A DNA stretch of 28,867 bases from IMG/VR virus record IMGVR_UViG_3300020016_000035, positions 1 to 28,867 of that record; one strand, written 5' to 3'. The position numbers were made by a program, and so were the translations under genes. The DNA is from a virus. Taxonomy: Duplodnaviria; Caudoviricetes. Shown in pieces: positions 22,839 to 28,867 of the stretch; positions within the stretch are counted from its first letter, which is position 1, and each line of letters starts with the position of its first letter. Under the pieces are notes generated by a model that had not been told where the DNA came from, made no database searches, and saw nothing but the letters and a program-made list of their open reading frames with translations.

Positions 22839-23233
22839 AACTTTATCTCGCTGGTGCAATACAGAATGCATCTGACCCAATTACATGGCGGCGCAGTCTT
22901 ACATCAAAGATGCCTGAAGGTTGGGAGGTAGTCGACCCGACCCAGATCGAACTATTTGTTGGCGAAGAAGACAACGAAGAAGCTGCACGCCGAATCGTTA
23001 CAAATGATTTCAACGCCATCAGAAAGTGTGATGCAGTTCTCGCCCTAGTCAACATAGCGTCATGGGGCACGGGAATGGAGATACTCTTTGCCTATCAGTT
23101 GAGGATCCCAGTCATTATCTGGAGTCCTAACAATAAACCTGTCGGGCCTTGGCTTCAATTTCATTCCACTGTTATCTTATCAGAGTTTGCAGACATTAAA
23201 GTATTCCTACGAAATCTACTTGCAAAAGCCTAA
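22835..23233 (+). CDS. Nucleoside 2-deoxyribosyltransferase / dNMP N-glycosidase-like protein
   Basis: LYLAGAI, VDP, ND..AIRKCDAVLA, SWGTGMEI.FA...IPV (catalytic Tyr and Glu pattern of the NDT/DNPH1/MilB family). Confidence 0.85.
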   Translation: MKLYLAGAIQNASDPITWRRSLTSKMPEGWEVVDPTQIELFVGEEDNEEAARRIVTNDFNAIRKCDAVLALVNIASWGTGMEILFAYQLRIPVIIWSPNNKPVGPWLQFHSTVILSEFADIKVFLRNLLAKA

Positions 23234-23248
23234 GATCCAATATATAGT
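23220..23248 (+). promoter_or_regulatory. Internal promoter upstream of folE
   Basis: cTTGCAA-N17-TATAGT. Confidence 0.7.
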
Positions 23249-23267
23249 TACCACAACGGAGCGGGGC

Positions 23268-23822
23268 ATGACCGAAACTCTACGCACTGCGTTCAGAGCT
23301 GTTCTTAGAAATATCCCAGGTGAGGATGCAAATAGAGAAGGTCTAATAGAAACACCGGATCGTGTAACTCGCGCCTGGGAGTTCTGGACTTCTGGTTATG
23401 GTATCGATCCTATCGATGTGCTCAAGACCTTTGTTGATGGTGCCGAAGGGGTGGATGAGATGGTCGTCGTCAAAGACCTGCCTTTCTATTCCCATTGTGA
23501 GCACCATCTTGCTCCGTTCTTCGGCACTGCGACGATTGGATATCTACCTCATCAACGTATCGTTGGTCTGAGTAAGCTCGGGCGGTTGCTGCAGATTTTC
23601 TCACGCCGCCTACAAGTACAGGAACGTCTAACGTGTCAGATTGCCGACGCCATTAGCGTAGCACTGAACCCTCTGGGTTGTGGCGTTATAGTGCGGGCCC
23701 GCCATCTGTGCATGGAGTCGCGAGGTATTTGTCAACAGGGACACTACACTGTCACTAGTGCTTTACGAGGTGTCTTTAAAACAGAAGAAGCTGCTCGTTC
23801 CGAATTCCTTGGGATGAAATAA
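23268..23822 (+). CDS. folE: GTP cyclohydrolase I
   Basis: REGL.ETP.RV, FYSHCEHH..PF, GLSK, RRLQVQERLT, HLCM..RG. Confidence 0.96.
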   Translation: MTETLRTAFRAVLRNIPGEDANREGLIETPDRVTRAWEFWTSGYGIDPIDVLKTFVDGAEGVDEMVVVKDLPFYSHCEHHLAPFFGTATIGYLPHQRIVGLSKLGRLLQIFSRRLQVQERLTCQIADAISVALNPLGCGVIVRARHLCMESRGICQQGHYTVTSALRGVFKTEEAARSEFLGMK

Positions 23823-23823
23823 C

Positions 23824-24072
23824 ATGATCCCTATTCCGTTGGAAAATCCAGATCGTCGTATAGGCGCTCCGGTGGATTGGAATCATGCCGAGGGGCTGTG
23901 TCATACTATTGAAGTTTGGGATCGCGATGGGTATATGATCTCTGCGTGGCAGCCAACGTCTGCTGAAATCAAACTCATCAGTGAGGGCTGTCCTATTCTT
24001 TTACATATCTCAGGACGTCTTCACCCTGTGGTTGCATTGTCTGTAAGTAAGGAACCTCCGAAGCAGATCTGA
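23824..24072 (+). CDS. Hypothetical phage protein
   Basis: GAP.DW...C...SAWQPT..E......G......HPVV; coupled to dpdA. Confidence 0.7.
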   Translation: MIPIPLENPDRRIGAPVDWNHAEGLCHTIEVWDRDGYMISAWQPTSAEIKLISEGCPILLHISGRLHPVVALSVSKEPPKQI

Positions 24073-24998
24073 TGCATATTTATTTAGCCGCCATTTACAC
24101 CAACGGATATCGTGCTGGAGGTAACTCCGGTCGCTATCAGAATTTGACTGACAATGAGAAACGGTTAGTTGATGCCGTCCCGCACATTCTGGAATCATAT
24201 CATTACGTCGGGAAGCAAAAGTTTGTCGACGCCATGCGCGAAGATAAGGTACGGGTGTTTCTTGACTCAGGAGCGTTCTCTGCCTATACGCTCAAGGTAG
24301 ATCTTTCGGTTGCCGAATATTGCGAGTACATCAAACGCAATCTAGATATCATACGTGTCGAAGACGGAATCGTAATGGCATCCGTACTTGACGGCATTGG
24401 TGACCCACTTCAGACATATCGTAACCAGTGCGAAATGGAAGCTAGAGGCGTCCGTCCGTTGCCTTGCTTCCACGCGGGCGAAGATGAACGTTACCTCGAA
24501 CACTACGTTCAGAACTACGACTACATCACTCTAGGTGGTATGGTCGGAAGCTCTTCGACGCAGCTTATGAAATGGCTCGACAGAATTTGGGATAGATATC
24601 TAGTCGATGGCAGTGGTCGTCCACGCCTCAAAGTACACGGATTCGGAATCACCTCCATTCCAATTATGGAAGCATATCCTTGGTATAGTTGCGACTCATC
24701 CTCCTGGGTGCAGACTGCTGCGTTCGGTGGTATCCAGACACCACAATGGGGTCCAGTCAACGTCTCATCAAAGAGTCCACAACGACACGACGCTGGTCAG
24801 CACGCCACTACACTGTCTCCGATCGAGCAAGATGTTATCTTCAAGCACCTTGAGGATATGGGTTTCACCTACGAACGGTTGTCCACCGTTTATGAGTCTC
24901 GCGCAGCTTACAATCTGTGGTCGTATGGTGTTATAAACGCTATGGTCGACGCAGTTAACGGCGGCATCTACAAAGGTAGAGTAAGGGAGCTATTTTAG
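24072..24998 (+). CDS. dpdA: DpdA-type deazaguanine DNA transglycosylase (TGT-fold)
   Basis: FLDSGAFS, VLD.IGD, P.FH.GE, ITLGGMV, VHGFG, SCDSSSW; located within the folE/queDEC cluster. Confidence 0.8.
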   Translation: MHIYLAAIYTNGYRAGGNSGRYQNLTDNEKRLVDAVPHILESYHYVGKQKFVDAMREDKVRVFLDSGAFSAYTLKVDLSVAEYCEYIKRNLDIIRVEDGIVMASVLDGIGDPLQTYRNQCEMEARGVRPLPCFHAGEDERYLEHYVQNYDYITLGGMVGSSSTQLMKWLDRIWDRYLVDGSGRPRLKVHGFGITSIPIMEAYPWYSCDSSSWVQTAAFGGIQTPQWGPVNVSSKSPQRHDAGQHATTLSPIEQDVIFKHLEDMGFTYERLSTVYESRAAYNLWSYGVINAMVDAVNGGIYKGRVRELF

Positions 24999-25952
24999 AT
25001 GTTAAAGGAACTTCGCTTCGTACAAGGTGCCGTTGCGAAGAAAGATTTTGTTCCCGCAATGACTCACTTCCGTATTGAAAAAGGAACTGTTCGATCATTC
25101 AATGGTAACCTAGCCATCTGCAGTCCCATTGCATTGGACTTGGAATGCGTACCAAAGGCTGAGACATTGGTCCGTGCAATCTCCAACTGTGAAGAGGAAG
25201 TTGTTCTCACTCTGACTGAGAAGAAACGTCTTCGTGTACAGAGTGGTAACTTCAAAGCCTTTATCGAAACCGTGGATACGGATGCAACACATCCTGAGCC
25301 GTCGGGCGAGATTGTTCAGATTGATGGCGCAGCACTATTTAGAGCATTCGATAAGATCAGTACGTTCGTTGGCAACGATGCATCCCGTCCTTGGACTAAT
25401 GGTATTCTATTGCGTGGTCAATCTGCTTTCGCAACGAATAACGTCTGCGTGATTGAATATTGGCTTGCGATCGACATCCCATTTGTGGTTAACATTCCAG
25501 GGTCGGCAGTTAAAGAAGTGATCCGAGTTGGGGAACCCCCATCTCATCTCCAACTTGATAATAACTCTGTCACTTTTCATTACCCGGGTGGTAGATGGAT
25601 TCGTACTCAACTCTACGTCACAGAGTGGCCCGACATCAGTAAGGTGTTAGATCATAGATGTGATCCAGTTCCGGTTGATCCTCGGTTATTTCCAGCTCTA
25701 GATAATCTAACTGCTTTCTCAGATGATCTAACTCGCATCCATATTAAAGACGGGGTTCTCAGAACACATATAGATGACGAGACTGGTGCCAGTTACGAAG
25801 TGAACGGTCTAGGCATTGGTGGAATCTATCAGATTAAAATGCTTCGTCTGCTCGAGGGAGTTGCGGAGACAGCAGATTTCACACGTTATCCACAACCCAT
25901 TCTATTCTTTGGAGATAATCTGCGTGGTGCGATTGTTGGTATGCGTGGATAA
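24999..25952 (+). CDS. DNA polymerase sliding clamp (beta-like)
   Basis: 317 aa with GAV.KK..VPA..H, D.SRPW.NGI..ATN, LY..EWPD, PILF; next to the DNA polymerase. Confidence 0.75.
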   Translation: MLKELRFVQGAVAKKDFVPAMTHFRIEKGTVRSFNGNLAICSPIALDLECVPKAETLVRAISNCEEEVVLTLTEKKRLRVQSGNFKAFIETVDTDATHPEPSGEIVQIDGAALFRAFDKISTFVGNDASRPWTNGILLRGQSAFATNNVCVIEYWLAIDIPFVVNIPGSAVKEVIRVGEPPSHLQLDNNSVTFHYPGGRWIRTQLYVTEWPDISKVLDHRCDPVPVDPRLFPALDNLTAFSDDLTRIHIKDGVLRTHIDDETGASYEVNGLGIGGIYQIKMLRLLEGVAETADFTRYPQPILFFGDNLRGAIVGMRG

Positions 25953-26017
25953 TGACAAATAAGAAAATATGTAACTGTGGGTACATAGAGTCACTTATCA
26001 ACCAAACGGAGGATGCA

Positions 26018-26203
26018 ATGGCACTCAAGACCAAGTCAGTTGATCTCGGAACTATCCAGGACAATCTAATTGCAGCTCGAAAGAAATTTGCTGCGGATGA
26101 ACGAGCCTTGGAACGGGCACATCAAGCATACGATATGTCCAAAGAAGAATACTCGAAAGCAGTTCAAGAGCTGAAGGACGCAACCCGGACAGTACTGGGC
26201 TAA
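26018..26203 (+). CDS. Small coiled-coil protein
   Basis: AACGGAGG RBS before ATG 26018. Confidence 0.7.
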   Translation: MALKTKSVDLGTIQDNLIAARKKFAADERALERAHQAYDMSKEEYSKAVQELKDATRTVLG

Positions 26204-26204
26204 G

Positions 26205-28286
26205 ATGCCGCGCAATCCCGTCGAGGGTCTCTTTTGGGATGACACGCCACCGCCCCCGAAGGAAAAGATCCAACGGGAGAAGCGTACTCCTCCTGAACAA
26301 ACTTGGCTCGATCATTTGCCCGGACTTGAAGAAGCCCGAGCATTTCCCGTCCAGCTATTGACCTATGAAGAACTGCTTGACATCTCTGTAAAGCAAGAAG
26401 AACTTATAGTCGACGTAGAAGTATTCTCGAACTATTTCCTCGCAGTGTTTACCCATGTGGTTTCGGGTAAAGTATTCTATCTAGATTCTACGCAATCCGA
26501 ATATAAACACGGGTTGCGTTGGATCATGGCGAATTGTCTTACGATCGGATTCAATTCTATCTCGTACGATCTGACAATCTGTTATTGTGTCTGTGAAGGC
26601 TTATCGACCGAATTCGTAAAAGAGATCTCGGATGCTCTAATCAAACTTAATGTAAGTCCTTATGAGATTCATCATAGATATAGGATTAAGAAGTTCGGTG
26701 TTAATCATATCGACTTAATCGAAGTTGCTCCGCTGTTCGCAAGTCTGAAAACATATGCTGGAAGACTCCATGCAAAAAAGATGCAAGATCTTCCATTCCA
26801 TCCGGATACTGTTCTAAGCGAAGATCAGATTATCATTGTTCGTTGGTATTGCGTAAACGATACTCTCAACACCCAACTCCTTCGTGAATGCCTGAAGGAA
26901 CAGATCGAACTACGTTACGAATTGAGCAATGAGTTCAACGTAGATCTGCGTTCGAAATCTGACGCACAAATTGCAGAAGCTGTCATCAATAAAGAACTCA
27001 AAAGAATTACAGGGCGCTTCCCAACCAGACCTAAAGTTGAAGTCGGTACAATCTATAAATATAAGGTTCCTTATTATCTTAACTTCCAATCGGACTTAAT
27101 GAAATATGCTTTGAATGTTGTTGCAAACGCCGAGTTCATTGTCGACTATACCGGCTCGATCGCAATGCCGAAAGAGATTAAAGAACTTCCAATAGAAATG
27201 AATGGTTCCGTGTATCGTATGGGAATTGGAGGTCTACACAGCTCCGAACAGACTGCTGCTCACGTGAGCGATAATGATTTTATACTGTTAGATAAAGATG
27301 TGACATCTTATTATCCATTCATCATTCTGAATCTTGGACTGACACCACAACATATGGGCGATGCGTTTCTTACTGTATATCGATCCATTGTCAACAAACG
27401 ACTTGAGGCAAAGCGAGCAGGAAATAAAGCTGTCGCTGAGTCTTTGAAGATCGTAGTCAATGGAACGTTCGGCAAGCTGGGTAACATGCACTCTATTATC
27501 TATTCGCCTGATTTGTTATTCCAGGTTACACTTACAGGCCAGTTAAGTCTTCTACTTCTGATCGAACGTCTGGAGCTTGCGGGGATTCGTGTTGTCAGCG
27601 CCAACACAGATGGTATTGTGATTAAGTGTCCTCGCCCTCTTCAAGCCAAAATGAATGAGATCGTTAAGACCTGGGAATTTGATACTCGTTTTGAAACTGA
27701 GGGATCTGAGTTCAAAGCTCTCTATTCCAGAGACGTTAATAACTACATCGCAATCAAAATGGATGGAAAAACCAAATCTAAGGGAGCTTATGCGAAACCC
27801 GAACAACCTGAACAGAAACTGCATAAGAATCCGACGGCAACTGTCTGTTTAGATGCGGTGATTGATTATCTCATTAAGGGAATTCCATTGGAAACCACAA
27901 TCCGGGCTTGTGTAGATATAACGAAGTTTGTCAGTGTCCGCAATGTACGCGGGGGCGCTGCGAGGGTTCAGCCCGCAGGGAACGAATATATCGGTCGCGC
28001 TATTAGATGGTATTATGCAACGGGAGTCGAGGGGGAATTAGTCTATGTTATTTCAGGTAACAAAGTACCTCGTTCTGACGGAGCTCGGGAACTAATGGTA
28101 CTTCCAGACTCTCTCCCTACCGACATAAACTATGAATGGTATATTAAGGAGGCACAACGTATTCTATGGGATATTGGAGCAATAAGTTGGGAGACATATC
28201 TTAAGTTGACAGAACCAAATGTAGTTATAAAAGAATTCGAATTTAATAAAGGTCACCAGCTGACGGTTAAAGGGAAACCAATTTAA
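26205..28286 (+). CDS. Family B-type DNA polymerase with N-terminal 3'-5' exonuclease
   Basis: Exonuclease motifs VDVE, GFN...YD, YC.ND; polymerase motifs DVTSYYP, K...NGTFGK, SANTDG, VNNY. Confidence 0.92.
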   Translation: MPRNPVEGLFWDDTPPPPKEKIQREKRTPPEQTWLDHLPGLEEARAFPVQLLTYEELLDISVKQEELIVDVEVFSNYFLAVFTHVVSGKVFYLDSTQSEYKHGLRWIMANCLTIGFNSISYDLTICYCVCEGLSTEFVKEISDALIKLNVSPYEIHHRYRIKKFGVNHIDLIEVAPLFASLKTYAGRLHAKKMQDLPFHPDTVLSEDQIIIVRWYCVNDTLNTQLLRECLKEQIELRYELSNEFNVDLRSKSDAQIAEAVINKELKRITGRFPTRPKVEVGTIYKYKVPYYLNFQSDLMKYALNVVANAEFIVDYTGSIAMPKEIKELPIEMNGSVYRMGIGGLHSSEQTAAHVSDNDFILLDKDVTSYYPFIILNLGLTPQHMGDAFLTVYRSIVNKRLEAKRAGNKAVAESLKIVVNGTFGKLGNMHSIIYSPDLLFQVTLTGQLSLLLLIERLELAGIRVVSANTDGIVIKCPRPLQAKMNEIVKTWEFDTRFETEGSEFKALYSRDVNNYIAIKMDGKTKSKGAYAKPEQPEQKLHKNPTATVCLDAVIDYLIKGIPLETTIRACVDITKFVSVRNVRGGAARVQPAGNEYIGRAIRWYYATGVEGELVYVISGNKVPRSDGARELMVLPDSLPTDINYEWYIKEAQRILWDIGAISWETYLKLTEPNVVIKEFEFNKGHQLTVKGKPI

Positions 28287-28417
28287 ATGGCTGTACAGCC
28301 ACTGAGAAAGCCCCCGATACACTGGCGGCGGCAAGCTATTTGAACTCGCTACAGCCGCCCCGCAGCCGCCCCAAGGGGCTATCAAAAACACAAGCTACAG
28401 CATAGGGGACCCCGCAA

Positions 28418-28858
28418 ATGATTCACATTGTCAACAAGGGGAAGACGGGAGAGCGCGAGGTTGCAGATGCAATGAACTATTGTATCTACCTCGCAATGAC
28501 GGAATTAGGTTATACGAGAGAAGAGTGTCTTCAGGGTATGTCGACCATCCAGAGGAATCAGATACAGACAGCTATTGGGGGTTCTGATCTTATTGGTTGT
28601 TATGGTCTCTCAGTCGAAGTTAAACGGCAAGAGACACTTAGTGTCAATACTTGGTGGAAGCAATGTGAGACGTCTGCAAAACGAGACAATGCAATTCCTG
28701 TTCTTATTTATAGACAGAACAAGAAACCGTGGCGAGTTAGAACCTACATCTCAATGCCCCTTCCCGAGGGTCACCAGATGCAGGCTATTGCAGAAATCGA
28801 TTGGGATACTTTTCGGATTTGGTTTACCGGGTGGGTAAAAGCCACCCTCCAAAAATAA
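28418..28858 (+). CDS. Holliday junction resolvase (Hjc-like PD-(D/E)XK)
   Basis: KGK.GEREV, GGSDL, SVEVKRQE.L..WW.Q, PVLIYRQN..PW. Confidence 0.75.
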   Translation: MIHIVNKGKTGEREVADAMNYCIYLAMTELGYTREECLQGMSTIQRNQIQTAIGGSDLIGCYGLSVEVKRQETLSVNTWWKQCETSAKRDNAIPVLIYRQNKKPWRVRTYISMPLPEGHQMQAIAEIDWDTFRIWFTGWVKATLQK

Positions 28859-28860
28859 AG

Positions 28861-28867
28861 CTTGCAT
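28861..28867 (+). promoter_or_regulatory. Probable -35 element of the next promoter (truncated by window end)
   Basis: CTTGCAT right after a stop codon, the same context as the other promoters. Confidence 0.4.

Noticed and set aside
24072-24998. Assignment as tRNA-guanine transglycosylase (tgt) for queuosine tRNA modification
   Set aside because: Lacks the CxCxxC zinc site of Tgt, there is no queF or queA, and it sits beside the clamp and polymerase; DNA-acting DpdA fits better.
1-28867. Prophage/mobile-element hallmarks, introns or inteins
   Set aside because: No integrase, transposase or homing endonuclease recognised; polymerase, helicase and thyX appear uninterrupted.

Overview
Early and replication half of a tailed dsDNA phage genome, with an organisation resembling Queuovirinae-type (9g/Seurat/Nipuna-like) phages. 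Almost all coding is on the + strand. In order, the window holds: (i) three small genes and two terminators; (ii) a ~1.3 kb non-coding region (800-2110) with divergent promoters, an AT-rich core flanked by an inverted repeat, and a leftward, highly structured ~450-nt putative ncRNA ending in a degenerate tRNA-like cloverleaf; (iii) about 25 small early genes, three preceded by the same covarying two-hairpin element; (iv) a replication/recombination module (primase-helicase, SLOG protein, Sak4-like ATPase, DUF669-type SSB, Cas4-like exonuclease, SF2 helicase), thyX and a DUF932-type protein; (v) a complete 7-deazaguanine DNA-modification cluster (queE, gat-queC, queD, folE, dpdA; predicted product dG+) with an inserted nucleoside 2-deoxyribosyltransferase-like gene; (vi) a sliding clamp, a family-B DNA polymerase and a Holliday junction resolvase. 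A recurring cTTGCA-N17-18-(tgc)TAnnnT promoter punctuates the window. No structural genes, integrase or CRISPR array were seen. All family calls come from motif recognition by eye; no searches were run.
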